A stretch of 50,345 bases of DNA, the filler included, from Stramenopiles sp. TOSAG23-3 (Eukaryota): assembly GCA_900128585.1 (NCBI GenBank). It is 4 parts of 4 records of this genome, joined end to end, with 100 filler letters (N's around TTAATTAATTAA, not from the genome) between each part and the next. Parts side by side here need not be neighbours in the genome. Positions count along the whole stretch, not along the records: positions 1 to 23,046 come from LT642318.1; 3 more parts are not named here. One strand, written 5' to 3'. Position numbers and translations under genes: made by a program. The notes below the pieces were generated by a model. That model made no database searches. It was given only the letters and a program-made list of their open reading frames with translations, and was not told where the DNA came from. Shown in pieces: positions 10,348 through 21,298 of the stretch (position 1 is the first letter of the stretch; the number at the start of each line of letters is the position of its first letter).

Positions 10348-13300
10348 TTATTTTCCGTACCTAGTTTCTTCCTCTAACCAAATTGCCCATGCACGAATAG
10401 TGGAGCGCAAGGTGAAGCGCCTGTGGCGCTGCGAAAGAATCTGTTCGCAAGCTTCGAGGTGGCTACCTTGGGACGCAGTCATTTTCCATTCCCGGAAGCA
10501 TATCTTCAAGAATCTCGATCTTCTCGTCAACGTCATGTACTTCAAACAAGCGTCGCAATGCAGCTTGGTCAGCATTATTTCGCGTCGCCGCACCACCATT
10601 TGCCGCCATTTTTTTATCGCAGCAAACTGCTTGAAACGCTTCATAACTCCTAAATTGTGCTGGCGCTGAATTTTATCCTGAAAGACAATGTCTCCGAATT
10701 CTTTCCAATTCCGAAATCGTTTTCTTAGTACTTGAAATATGCTGTATTTTCTCGCATTATTAACTTTACGGCGATAGCCAGTGTACTTCACCCAACAATC
10801 GAATGTTTGGTGGCGTACACGCAGGGTGTGTTGCATATCTGCTTGTTTACTCAAAAGTCGCGTAGCATATTTTGCCCGAAAACCAGCATCGAAGCTTTTC
10901 CGCAAAAGGGATAGTCTCCAGTGGTCTGTGGCTTCCGAGTATAATTTTCTTCCATGCACGTAAAATTTCGCGTTTCGGTGCCACACAGTGAATACCCACC
11001 CTTTCAAAGACAGTTTATGCTTTCGAACAGCCGTGCCCATATTCTTTTTATGGCCGCGCTGCGCGGCAGTCCATGTTGCCCATTGTGAAAACCGAAATTG
11101 CAAATACGATTTCCTCACTTTCGTCCGCAACCCCTTGGTTTTGGCCCACAGTTCTGTTACATCTCGGAGTGCCAAAAAGCTGCGCTGTTTAACATGGCGG
11201 TTGTGCAATACCTGTGCCTTGCGAGTGGCGTTCCTTGCGTATGCCTGCCCTTTTGTCAACTTGTTCCACCAACGGACGGCCCTCTGCATTTTTCTGGCTC
11301 TCATCTTTACGTCTAATTTCCCGACGTCTTCGCGCAGCTCAAGATGCTTCAGCGCCAAAGATCTCCAGGACGACACTATTACTGTCATAATTGACTTCCA
11401 GCGGTATTTATGCACACGATCGTGCGCGAGCTTCAAGCGCTGCTTCTCTGCGATATATGCTTGCCACTTTTTCACAGCTTGGCGCCTTCGTACCCTTCCC
11501 ATGACTAAATTCCGTTCCATTTTTGTCTCGCGGTGCGAGTAATACCACGCTCGAAATGCATACCTAGTAACCTGAAGCGTCTCTACAAGCTTGCCACGAA
11601 TGGCAAACGTTTTTAAACGTCGCGCGACGTAAAGGTTGTTAAGAAATCCCCTGAACGACTGCTTACGGTACATTCGCAACATAAAGTTGTGAGATTTGAC
11701 TTTGTGTTCGTCTCTAATCTTTTGTCTTTTAGAGAAAACTCTCCACGCGCGCACAGCTGCAAATTTGTCGTAGCTCTCCTTGTGCTTTTCGCCCAAGCCG
11801 ATCAACCTTTTTTTTCTCTGCCACTCAATGGTGCGAAGTCTCCAGGCGCGATAAAGGTGAAATTTCTTGCGTTTTCGCCTTTCCTTGCTCAACTGCTTGA
11901 ACCACATCAGCATTTCTTTTGTCTGCCTGGCCCACTGGTAGAAAATTTCCGTTGCCAAGGCTTCATTCTTCTCACGCAAAAAATCCCTCAAGATTCGCCC
12001 GTGGTTTTTTTCATACCACCAAGCGATGAAATATGTCTGGCGCGTTTTGCGAGCAACATATTTTCTGTGCCTAATGACTTTCAATCTCTGTTCTTTCAGA
12101 ACCTGGGCGTGGTCGTACCAGGTATTAAAAATGGCAAGGATTTCACGCTGCTGCCATGTTCTTAAGAATTTGTTGACAAGGTATCTCTGTGAAACTATTT
12201 GGTGAACGTTGGAAGCCCAGCCGCTGAAAGCTGCCATAAGCTCATTGTTCTTCATTCGACGAATAAACCTCGTCAGTTTTCTATTTTCTTCCTTTGTATC
12301 GTACACTACTTTGTACCAACCATCAAAGGCGTCTGCTAAGTTTTTGTTTTGCAATCGGCGCAAGCTCCTGGATACTTTCCTCCTGTGCTCTTTTGCCTCT
12401 TCAACGTGCATTACCCATTGTTCGAACGTCTTAAGAACGCCCAAGTTCTGCCAGCGCAATATGAACTTCATCATTCTTTTCTTCGTGTCCCACAAATCGT
12501 ACCATATATTGAATGCTGTTCCCATGATTCGCTTTTGGTTTGCCCGCTCTGCGTGAAGCTTCCACAATTCCTTCCTCTCTTGCACGCGAAAGTAGAACTT
12601 TTTGAGCATAAATCTTTTAAAGAATGGGACCCAGTTATCACCCCACGGCTCTAATATGCGACGATGAAACTGGTTCGTCAAAGTATATTGTTGCCATTCA
12701 AAAAAACACAGGTTGCGTTTCCTCGTGATGCTCTTTTTCCTCACATGCAAAATTTTCACCGTATGCCGATGCCATACTCCGTACAATTTTTGCATCAACC
12801 AGGCCTCCATGCTACCAATAGCTCTGGTGGCAATCTTTAGCCCCTCGTCGCTCAGAGGGAACCTATCCGATACACGAGCAGGGACACCGTGCATTTTAAA
12901 AATGTCCCTCTTGCTATCAAAAAGTACCAGCACGGGCAATGTAGACGAACGTATCCATCGGTGCGCCGAAAAGGTGAGCAATGGCTTTGGGACTCTGCCG
13001 TCTTCTGCGATTTTCACCATTTCCTTCCATTTCCAGAAACACTTCTGGAGCGTTGTAATGGCGTAATAGTTTTCCGCAAGCGCTTCATCCTCTTCATTTC
13101 CGGCATCTTTTTTCAAAATTAAGTTTCTAGTCTCATTGCCAGGATCGCCCAGGACTGCGTCTAGTTTCCCCCACCAGTTATTTTCCGCCGTCATGTCTAA
13201 GTCCACCAAAAAGGTGTATAAGTCTGAATCCAGTATTGTATCAATGCACAGTTCTTCTCTGTACCTATTGTAAATGCGGAGCACGTCTTTGAGCATAACC

Positions 13301-13596
13301 CTAGTTTTTCCCTGAATGACCCGTCCATGAAATCGTTTGGACTTTTCAAAATTCGTCGTCACTGCAATTTCAGCACCTATAATGACCTCTTCTATTATTC
13401 TGAGGGCGTGCGGATCAAGGTCTGGGTTCGCGTCAGCTCTATTTACTTTCTGGGGTGACGTTGATTGTCTTTTCGGGGACGAAAATACTTGTACAACGTC
13501 GCCAAAGTAGTAGTCATCCTCTACGAGAACGCTTGCTTGTTCTGAGAATTGCGAGTCGTCTAGCGAGAACGAATAGTCTGACACAATATTAGTCAT
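10348..13596 (-). CDS. Sfi1-like centrin-binding repeat protein (basal body/centriole)
   Basis: Long basic helical protein with many F-x-x-W repeats at ~23-35 aa spacing (CFWKW, AFNIW, TFEQW, AFDGW, AFSGW, IFNTW, AFRAW, TFDCW, CFREW). Confidence 0.8.
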   Translation of the reverse strand: MTNIVSDYSFSLDDSQFSEQASVLVEDDYYFGDVVQVFSSPKRQSTSPQKVNRADANPDLDPHALRIIEEVIIGAEIAVTTNFEKSKRFHGRVIQGKTRVMLKDVLRIYNRYREELCIDTILDSDLYTFLVDLDMTAENNWWGKLDAVLGDPGNETRNLILKKDAGNEEDEALAENYYAITTLQKCFWKWKEMVKIAEDGRVPKPLLTFSAHRWIRSSTLPVLVLFDSKRDIFKMHGVPARVSDRFPLSDEGLKIATRAIGSMEAWLMQKLYGVWHRHTVKILHVRKKSITRKRNLCFFEWQQYTLTNQFHRRILEPWGDNWVPFFKRFMLKKFYFRVQERKELWKLHAERANQKRIMGTAFNIWYDLWDTKKRMMKFILRWQNLGVLKTFEQWVMHVEEAKEHRRKVSRSLRRLQNKNLADAFDGWYKVVYDTKEENRKLTRFIRRMKNNELMAAFSGWASNVHQIVSQRYLVNKFLRTWQQREILAIFNTWYDHAQVLKEQRLKVIRHRKYVARKTRQTYFIAWWYEKNHGRILRDFLREKNEALATEIFYQWARQTKEMLMWFKQLSKERRKRKKFHLYRAWRLRTIEWQRKKRLIGLGEKHKESYDKFAAVRAWRVFSKRQKIRDEHKVKSHNFMLRMYRKQSFRGFLNNLYVARRLKTFAIRGKLVETLQVTRYAFRAWYYSHRETKMERNLVMGRVRRRQAVKKWQAYIAEKQRLKLAHDRVHKYRWKSIMTVIVSSWRSLALKHLELREDVGKLDVKMRARKMQRAVRWWNKLTKGQAYARNATRKAQVLHNRHVKQRSFLALRDVTELWAKTKGLRTKVRKSYLQFRFSQWATWTAAQRGHKKNMGTAVRKHKLSLKGWVFTVWHRNAKFYVHGRKLYSEATDHWRLSLLRKSFDAGFRAKYATRLLSKQADMQHTLRVRHQTFDCWVKYTGYRRKVNNARKYSIFQVLRKRFRNWKEFGDIVFQDKIQRQHNLGVMKRFKQFAAIKKWRQMVVRRREIMLTKLHCDACLKYMTLTRRSRFLKICFREWKMTASQGSHLEACEQILSQRHRRFTLRSTIRAWAIWLEEETRYGK

Positions 13597-14422
13597 GTTT
13601 ATGATACGTTAAATATGTAAAGACTACCCTTCTTGGAAATACAAGTGTTCGTGCCCTCGTTTCATATTACGTTTGTGCAAAATAATTATAATGATCCGTT
13701 TAAATACAAAGGGGAATCCGGGGCGGGTCCGTCCGATAATCTTCTCTTGTGGACGTTTGTTTTGTACATTTAAATGCGAGGCATGGTCCGTAGCACTTTT
13801 CTGCCGGGGTTGATTATGATGTTATGACTGGAAGGGAAGGAAGGCCTTGCCATTTTTGTGCTAAACTTGGTCGTCGTCGTCGGCGTAAGTTCTATTTATT
13901 AATAATTCTTTCTTTTTGTTGTTGCCTTTTTCTACTACCATCGACCAGTAGGTGTATAATGAATGTATTATGTTGCCAGTAGTATAGAGACAGGATAGGG
14001 GGGGAAATGGTGTTTTTAAAAACGCAAAGCCTCGAAGAACGGTTCGCTTGACCTTACTACTACCTCGGTATTATTATATAACTAATATATATAAAATATT
14101 GTCATAATACTACGATACTGCCTGCACCAGTCAACAGGAAGACACAACAAAGATTTTAATTATTCGTTATTCCTGCAATGAGTTTCGTACTATTACACTA
14201 TCGCAGTAGTCTTGATCTCATTACCCTATAATTAATGATTTCCGAACCGTAATTTTGATGTTGACCAGTTGTGCACTGCTACGATGGGAGGAGAGATAAA
14301 ATATAATACTATATAATTATAGGTAATAATAAAATAATAATATTTTATTATATGGGCAGTTGTAGACGACTGACTATTTGCGTCTTTTTATTTATAAATA
14401 AGAAAAATAGTAATAGCTGCAA

Positions 14423-15322
14423 TTAGTAAGTACTGAATCCACTTTCTGGATCTACCCATCTTTGCTTGGATTGTGCCCGGTACATCGTTCTTTGCTTATA
14501 GCTTGGCTCAACGTAAGGCCCATACTCTAGGCTGTTTCGTCGGACGTGTCCTCTCAGAGGATTTGAACGCCGTTTCTGTTCGAGCTCTGCTCGCTCGCGC
14601 TCTCTCTCTTTGCGGTCTTCCTCTATTTTTCTTATCCGTCTGCGGTTCATCATCTGGTGGTAATCTTTTCGATTGAGAACGATTTGAAAATTGAACGTAT
14701 CCCCAATGTCCAGATAAGTGTCAATGTTGTACTTCGTTGGCGAGGAGGGGTTGACGCCACTGTTTACTCGTTGCTCCCATGCATACAATGATCGTATGCG
14801 ACGCCCCGGCCCCCCTGCAGCACCCCGAATATTTTGGCTGGGTAACGGAATAGAGCGCTCCAACATATCTGATGTTTTGTATTCTTCTCGAGCTGCATTA
14901 ATAAGGGACAGTTCGGCGTCTGTTGCCCCGGTTACTAAGCCTTTTTCAGGACTGGCCATGGAATTTTCGTCGTATGGCTGCGGGGAAGACGCATCGTCGT
15001 CGTAGGCTTGAGGGGACCCTAACGTTTCCATCGCCTCCGCGTCTGCGTCTGCGCGTTTTTTCTTTTTCCCCCTTGGGGCCTGCAACATACTTCGCAGCAA
15101 CCTAGCACTCTTTTGAAACAACCTGGACCTGTCATCTGTATCGTTTTCGTGCACAAAATCTTCCAAATCATCCAAGTGATTTTGTACAGCTTTATATATA
15201 ATATCTACAACTTGTTTGACGCCACTGTCGTTGGCTTCGTGATAAGTCTGAACAATCTCTTTGGTGCGAGCTGCATAGCTCGATGCGAAGTCGAGACGGA
15301 GCGGCGCAAACTTTAATGGCAT
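14423..15322 (-). CDS. Hypothetical protein with C-terminal charged coiled coil
   Basis: ~300-aa ORF with coding-like GC; first ATG at 15322; no family recognised. Confidence 0.7.
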   Translation of the reverse strand: MPLKFAPLRLDFASSYAARTKEIVQTYHEANDSGVKQVVDIIYKAVQNHLDDLEDFVHENDTDDRSRLFQKSARLLRSMLQAPRGKKKKRADADAEAMETLGSPQAYDDDASSPQPYDENSMASPEKGLVTGATDAELSLINAAREEYKTSDMLERSIPLPSQNIRGAAGGPGRRIRSLYAWEQRVNSGVNPSSPTKYNIDTYLDIGDTFNFQIVLNRKDYHQMMNRRRIRKIEEDRKERERERAELEQKRRSNPLRGHVRRNSLEYGPYVEPSYKQRTMYRAQSKQRWVDPESGFSTY

Positions 15323-15806
15323 GTTATAATGTGTCACTGAAAGTATGCTTGCAGTAAAGTTGACTATTTTGAAAACCTCGTCTGTTTACTCTTCGTTAGT
15401 TGCCTTGTGAACGTTAAGCAAAGCAAACAAATTTATTCTACATCTTCTATCATGCACTTTACTTTCTCAGTCCGTCCGTTTGGTAATTTTGGCTTTCTAA
15501 TAATATTAATATACTGCCTGCAGTGTTCGTAGTGCAGTATTAATTCCACTTCGGATAAATAATACTAATTTGTAGTAGAAAGTATAGGTTTTACAGTGGA
15601 TGCATTTAGAATATAAAACATCATAGTAAATTTAATAGGATATATAATGTTACACCGAGAACCACACCCAACAGCAGGAAATGACGACATAAGAAGAAAG
15701 AGGATCCAATTTAAATTATTAAATATTATGTACACACTATTCCGTTCATATTCATCACTGTTGTTATCATATTGTTTTGTATTTTATTCCAGTTCAGTTG
15801 TATTCG

Positions 15807-15812
15807 NNNNNN
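15807..15812. other. 6-N assembly gap
   Basis: nnnnnn within an AT-rich spacer. Confidence 0.95.
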
Positions 15813-16804
15813 AGAACAGAACAATCGAAAAGAAAGTCCAGTCCCTCCCTCTATCTACTACGTCTTTTTTAATTAAATATACTGTATAGGGTTACAGTAT
15901 AGTAAATAATAAAATATAAATAAATAAACTTGTACATCAAAAGATGTGAAATAATCGAATAACATATACACACCATTTAACATAAACACAATATGAAAAA
16001 AAGAAAAAAGAAGAATTAATTGATTATTTTATTGGCAAATTTTCAGAAGCTGAAAGTGAAAGTTGTTGTTGTAGAGAAGAACAGATTTGAATTTCTTCCT
16101 TCTTCTTCTCTCTTTACTATTCGTATGTATAAGTAAGTCATGGTCATTAATCTTCTGCTAATATAATTTATTATAGGAATTTATAGAAAGACTACTAAAT
16201 ATTATACTCGTATTAAAATCGATTAAGTAGCTTTTAATGTGAAAGTAGTATACAGTTTAAAGTATTTAAAGTGTTCATTTTAATACTATTCTATTATAGC
16301 TGGTTGGAGATGCTCTCTTTTTTTGTTGATCGTTTTGTTTGTTCTGTTATTACATTTTAAATAGTGATGTGTCTATATAGATGAGTCGCTTCTTCGCTTC
16401 TTCTTGTTTTGTTTTGTTATAATACGTAATATAATAATACAACATGTAATAATAATAATAATTTTCAAAAATTATTATTATTTTTTTATTGCTTTTTTTT
16501 TGTTTTCTTTTCTTCTTGCTCCTGCTCTGCTACTATTAATAATACTAGTAGAGCTATTCGTTATTTTATTAATATTATTATTATATATATTCTTTTTTTG
16601 ATTTTGTTGAATTTGAAAAGAGAGATAGACGTACCGATGTAAAAACAAACAAGAGTTGAAAACGAGTTCGTTAAAGAGAAAGGAGCGGAGACGTATTCTT
16701 CACCGTTTTTAATAAATTAGTGAGTTAAATTCTTCATTCTAATTGTAGTTTGCATATACGACGATTTTGTTGTGCGTGTGTTAGATAGCTGAAGTACCAA
16801 CAGG

Positions 16805-19800
16805 ATGGTACTTTTTTTCGAATACAAAGCCCAACAGCCGCGGGACTCCGAGCCTTGCTGCTATGCCTGGTGCAAGACGGATACCATTCTGGCCATTGGC
16901 AATCGGGCGAACGAGGTAAACATGTTTTTAGGCGAAGGAAATTTAATGGAGAAGGGGACGATAACTGGTAAATGCAACCCGAGCGCGCTTGAGTGGCACC
17001 CACGTGCGCGTGTGTTGTGCTCCGGGTGGACGAACGGGAAGGTAGTCTTTTTCGACGCCCGAGACTGCGTTCCGAAACAACCGTCCAAGCAACCGCACCA
17101 CACCAGGATCATGTTTGTCAAGTGGAACGGCACGGGAAACCGACTAGTTACAGGAGACACGGGCGGGGTCTTGGCCGTATGGGGCGCGCAGGGAATCACC
17201 AGGTCTATGAACGTCATGACCCAGTACAGGAAGAACGGTTCGCTGGACCACTGCGTCTGGTGCAATGAAAACCTGAATGCCTCGTCCAGCGTTCGTGGGA
17301 ACCGGGGAGGGGCAGACCATGCGCCATTTTTTTTCGGTGGCGAGCAAGGAGTTATATACTATGGTGATGACATGGGAAATTCCATGATGGTTCAGTCGTT
17401 GAATTCCCCCATCGACGCCCTGATGTTTTATGCCGGGAAGAGCCGCTTGGTGGCGGTCACTCGAAGTTTGATGCTGGTGCAAATGCAAGTCTCCGCGAAC
17501 GGAAAAGTTTCGCCGTTGATGAAAGTCAAACTTAGTATGGCAGCAGAAAATGGGATATCTGGGGCTGTTTGGGCAGGGGACGGCCTCCTGGCGACGTGCG
17601 CAAGAGAAGGGTTCGTTAGATTCTGGGATTTGGCCCACAATGAAAATTACCACCTGTCGATCATGTCCGCGTCGGAGATAGACGGCGGGCGGAAACTGTC
17701 GAGGGAGGACCGCATCTCACGGCTCGATTACAACCCAAACAATCAAACCATCGCCGCAGGGAGCCAGGACGGCAACATCGTGATGTGGCGAAACCTTAAT
17801 GCTGGGTTTGCGAAAGGGGTCAGCCGCGTCGTGGCCAGCTCCGCGGACGATTGGCGCCCGCTACCCGTCCACTTGATGAATGGGTCGATCAAGGGTCTGA
17901 TATGGGGGCCGGGGGACCACCAGTTGGCAGCGTCGACAACTACTGGGACGTCGATTTTGAACCAGTCAGTTCTTCATCGAAAGCTCAGCTCAAAGTACAG
18001 CGTAATCCAGGTCAACGAACGCGACCTTGCAATACACACTGTTGGTGACCCCGACGACAGGTACAAAAAGTCTATCGAAGCGGGGATAAACATTCTCGGC
18101 CTTGACGTTTACGGGGAGTACGTAGCCGTGTGGAACGACAGAAAGATCGAAGTGTATGACCTGGGAGGGTCCGACAAGGTAAACCGGATCGGTGCGTTTC
18201 CGAGCAAGTCTTCGAGCTGCGCCCTTCAAGACCAGAGCATATTTACTGCCGTAAGAGACGGGGTGGAAAAAAGGAACATGTCGGGGGGGTCAATCATCAC
18301 GAAGCTGTCGTTCACAGAGGCCGAAGGTGTCCCGACCCACATGGATGCCAACGGAAAGTACCTAGCGGTTGTAACCGACAAGGGCGTCATTAAAATGTTT
18401 GATGTGTCGAGAAGAGAGCCCAAGCAACTGTTCAGCAACGGTAAATTTTGTGAATCCGATTCCCCACAAGAGTTGGTAGGCATCGTCAAGTCCGTAAAAT
18501 GCAACGCGGATGGCACTTGCGTATCCATCATATCCGAGCGCATGCGCGGCAAGTATCTTCGGGCCCCAGACTCTCGTCTTCACGTGTACCATTGCGAAAT
18601 GCAGTCTGTCCTTCATTACGACTTTGCAGAGAAAGGGCGATACCCAATTGCACACTTCTGGGATTCGGATGAGCCCCGTTTGCTTGCGTGTGAAACCCAC
18701 AAACTAGCCGGGGGCTCGAACAAGGCGTCGAAGAAAAAATCAAAAGCTGAGTCGAAGAGTAGTGATGAAAGAAAATCTTCGAAGGAAAGCGATGAAGCGG
18801 ACCCATTGACCCATATCTCGGAGTCCGTGGTGACTACGTTGTTTGCCACCTCGGAGCACGGCCTGTTGAAGCAAGATGAGAATACCCTGTCGTCTGAAAT
18901 GGGGGCGCTTCTTGGCCTGAGCGTGCCCAACTTGTATTTTGTCGGAGCCACGCACAGCCGGCGCGTATCTGCCTCCAGGCTTATGTCGCGCGCTCTTCGC
19001 GATTTCACCGGGCTGACAAGCGTAAACGAAGAAGTTAAAAAAGCTTTGCTTGACTTCTCGTTTTTTTTGACAATCGGGGACATGGACAAAGCGTACAGTG
19101 CGGTCCGTCTCATCAATGAGCCACAAGTATGGGAAAACATGGCGCTCATGTGCGTAAAAACCAAACGGTTGGATGTAGCAGAAGTGTGCTTAGGAAACAT
19201 GGGCCATGCCCGGGGCGCACGTGCCGTTCGCCTTGCAAAAAATGAGCCCCAGGTGGAGGCGCAAATTGCAATGGTGGCAGTCCAAGTTGGGCTCCTGGAA
19301 GATGCAGAAAAGTGCTACATCGACTGCGGGCGGTGGGACTTGCTCAACAAGTTGTACCAATCTAGTGGACAATGGGAGAAATCGTTGCAAGTCGCGAAGA
19401 CTCACGATCGCATACACTTGCGAAACACGCATTACAAGTACGCGAAACATTTGGAGGCAATGGGTGATTTGCCGCAGGCCGTCATGCATTATGAGTTGAG
19501 TGGAACTTTCGCCAAAGAAATCCCTCGTATGCTTTTTGACCAAGGAAAAGTCGATCGGTTGAGAAAGTACGTGCACAAAAAGGATGACCCAAAACTATAC
19601 AAGTGGTGGGGGCAATACTGTGAAAGTAACCAAGAGTATGAAGCAGCGCTTCAATACTACTCGCGGGCAAACGAACCCCTTTGCCTTGCCAGGGTCCATT
19701 GCCTGGCAAAAGACTTCGATTCTGCAGTAGAGGTTGTTCAGTCAACGGGCGACAAAGCCGCTGCGTATTTTGTTGCGCGCCAGTTCGAACTTACGGGCGA

Positions 19801-21157
19801 TATGAAAAGTGCCATTCAATTTTTCAGCAAGAGCGGCCGTTACAACCACGCAGTGCGTCTTGCGCAAGAGGCTGGGTTTGATTCGGACCTGATGAGCTTA
19901 TCGCTTATGAGCAACCCGAAGGTAATGATCAGCAGTGCAAAATATTTTGAATCGAAAGGCTCCGTGCAACAAGCGGTGCAGCTGTACCAACACGCCGGGC
20001 GCCTTTCGAAGGCTCTCGACCTGTGCTTTCGTGCGCGATTGTTCGACGAGCTTCGCAATATAGCAGACGACCTGGCAGCACAAAGCGGTAAAGAAGGGGG
20101 AGCGAAAGTAGCCCCAGAAACGTTGACGAAATGTGCCTCGTTTCTTATGGAGCACGGCCAGTACGACAAGGCGGTACACCTGTTCATTATTGGAGGAAAA
20201 GTAGAAGAATCGATTGAGATGTGCGCTCAGCACAAGGTAAAAATTACCGAAGATATGGCAGATAAGATGACGCCAGAGAAAGGAGACCCACGGTACCCGA
20301 ACAGCGCCCGAAAAGAAATTTTGCTTAAACTTGCCAGCGTTTGCAAAAAGCAAAACTCTTACCACCTTGCCACTAAGAAATACACACAGGCTGGGGACAA
20401 ACTGAAAGCAATGAAGTGCTTGCTAAAGAGTGGGGATACGGAAAAAATAACTTTCTTCGCCAACGTGTCGCGAAATCGAGACATATACATCCTTGCTGCC
20501 AATTATCTGCAGAACTTGGATTGGCATAATACCCCGGAGACCATGAAAGCGATTATTCTCTTCTATACAAAGGCGAAGGCCTACGAGCAGCTGTCGAGCT
20601 TTTACGATGCTTGCGCTCAAGTTGAAATCGATGAATATCGAGAATATGATAGGGCAATAGCGGCGTTGAAAGAGTCGGAACGGTTTTTGCAGAAGGCCAA
20701 GAACACACCGGCCGCAACCAAAGCCGAGAAGATTGCGGTGTTGCAGCAACGAATAGTTCACATCGAGCAATTCGCAAATGCAAAGAGAAACATCAAATCA
20801 GACCCCGACGAGAGTGTCCGAGTCTGCAACATGCTGTTGCAAGAGCGGGACATCGAGCGCGCCATACGCGTGGGCGATATATTTGCGTTGTTAGTGGAAT
20901 TCTATTATGGAAACAATTCCTTTTCACAGGCCCATGAAATGATCGAACGTATGAGGGATAGGAACATTGTTTTGAACCCTTACTTGGATCAAGAAATGGT
21001 TAACAAGATCTACAAGGAAATGGGGGTCTCAGACGCTCCCCAGAAACAAGGGAATTATGGCAATGGTCGCAATGACGACAGTGATGAGATGGAGGAGGAA
21101 CTGAATTTTGGCTCAGATAGCGAAGGGGAAGCCGACTTGATGTCCCTTCACAAGTAG
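16805..21157 (+). CDS. IFT140: Intraflagellar transport protein 140 (IFT-A; WD40 + TPR)
   Basis: N-terminal WD40s; VWENMALMCVKTKRLDVAEVCLGNMGHARGARAVR; DRIHLRNTHYKYA; YHLATKKYTQAGDKLKAMKCLLKSGDTEKITFFA; FYDACAQVEIDEYREY. Confidence 0.98.
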   Translation: MVLFFEYKAQQPRDSEPCCYAWCKTDTILAIGNRANEVNMFLGEGNLMEKGTITGKCNPSALEWHPRARVLCSGWTNGKVVFFDARDCVPKQPSKQPHHTRIMFVKWNGTGNRLVTGDTGGVLAVWGAQGITRSMNVMTQYRKNGSLDHCVWCNENLNASSSVRGNRGGADHAPFFFGGEQGVIYYGDDMGNSMMVQSLNSPIDALMFYAGKSRLVAVTRSLMLVQMQVSANGKVSPLMKVKLSMAAENGISGAVWAGDGLLATCAREGFVRFWDLAHNENYHLSIMSASEIDGGRKLSREDRISRLDYNPNNQTIAAGSQDGNIVMWRNLNAGFAKGVSRVVASSADDWRPLPVHLMNGSIKGLIWGPGDHQLAASTTTGTSILNQSVLHRKLSSKYSVIQVNERDLAIHTVGDPDDRYKKSIEAGINILGLDVYGEYVAVWNDRKIEVYDLGGSDKVNRIGAFPSKSSSCALQDQSIFTAVRDGVEKRNMSGGSIITKLSFTEAEGVPTHMDANGKYLAVVTDKGVIKMFDVSRREPKQLFSNGKFCESDSPQELVGIVKSVKCNADGTCVSIISERMRGKYLRAPDSRLHVYHCEMQSVLHYDFAEKGRYPIAHFWDSDEPRLLACETHKLAGGSNKASKKKSKAESKSSDERKSSKESDEADPLTHISESVVTTLFATSEHGLLKQDENTLSSEMGALLGLSVPNLYFVGATHSRRVSASRLMSRALRDFTGLTSVNEEVKKALLDFSFFLTIGDMDKAYSAVRLINEPQVWENMALMCVKTKRLDVAEVCLGNMGHARGARAVRLAKNEPQVEAQIAMVAVQVGLLEDAEKCYIDCGRWDLLNKLYQSSGQWEKSLQVAKTHDRIHLRNTHYKYAKHLEAMGDLPQAVMHYELSGTFAKEIPRMLFDQGKVDRLRKYVHKKDDPKLYKWWGQYCESNQEYEAALQYYSRANEPLCLARVHCLAKDFDSAVEVVQSTGDKAAAYFVARQFELTGDMKSAIQFFSKSGRYNHAVRLAQEAGFDSDLMSLSLMSNPKVMISSAKYFESKGSVQQAVQLYQHAGRLSKALDLCFRARLFDELRNIADDLAAQSGKEGGAKVAPETLTKCASFLMEHGQYDKAVHLFIIGGKVEESIEMCAQHKVKITEDMADKMTPEKGDPRYPNSARKEILLKLASVCKKQNSYHLATKKYTQAGDKLKAMKCLLKSGDTEKITFFANVSRNRDIYILAANYLQNLDWHNTPETMKAIILFYTKAKAYEQLSSFYDACAQVEIDEYREYDRAIAALKESERFLQKAKNTPAATKAEKIAVLQQRIVHIEQFANAKRNIKSDPDESVRVCNMLLQERDIERAIRVGDIFALLVEFYYGNNSFSQAHEMIERMRDRNIVLNPYLDQEMVNKIYKEMGVSDAPQKQGNYGNGRNDDSDEMEEELNFGSDSEGEADLMSLHK

Positions 21158-21175
21158 CCCGTGTTAAACATAATT

Positions 21176-21210
21176 AAACAAGAAAATTGGCTGTTATTTA
21201 AGTAATTAAA
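21176..21210 (-). repeat. Dispersed ~35-bp element (copy 1) in the IFT140/UVRAG convergent spacer
   Basis: Reverse complement TTTAATTACTTAAATAACAGCCAATTTTCTTGTTT is identical to 27673-27707. Confidence 0.9.
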
Positions 21211-21298
21211 ATTAAGATAATGTACTGCGAACTGAAATCTAGATTTAGACATGATAGTAAACATTAAGATAATTAAACCCCACACAAAAACATTGTTT

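Noticed and set aside
16861-20783. Many 60-190 aa antisense/alternate-frame ORFs inside IFT140 and other long genes
   Set aside because: Expected shadow ORFs in moderately GC-rich coding DNA; no recognisable motifs.
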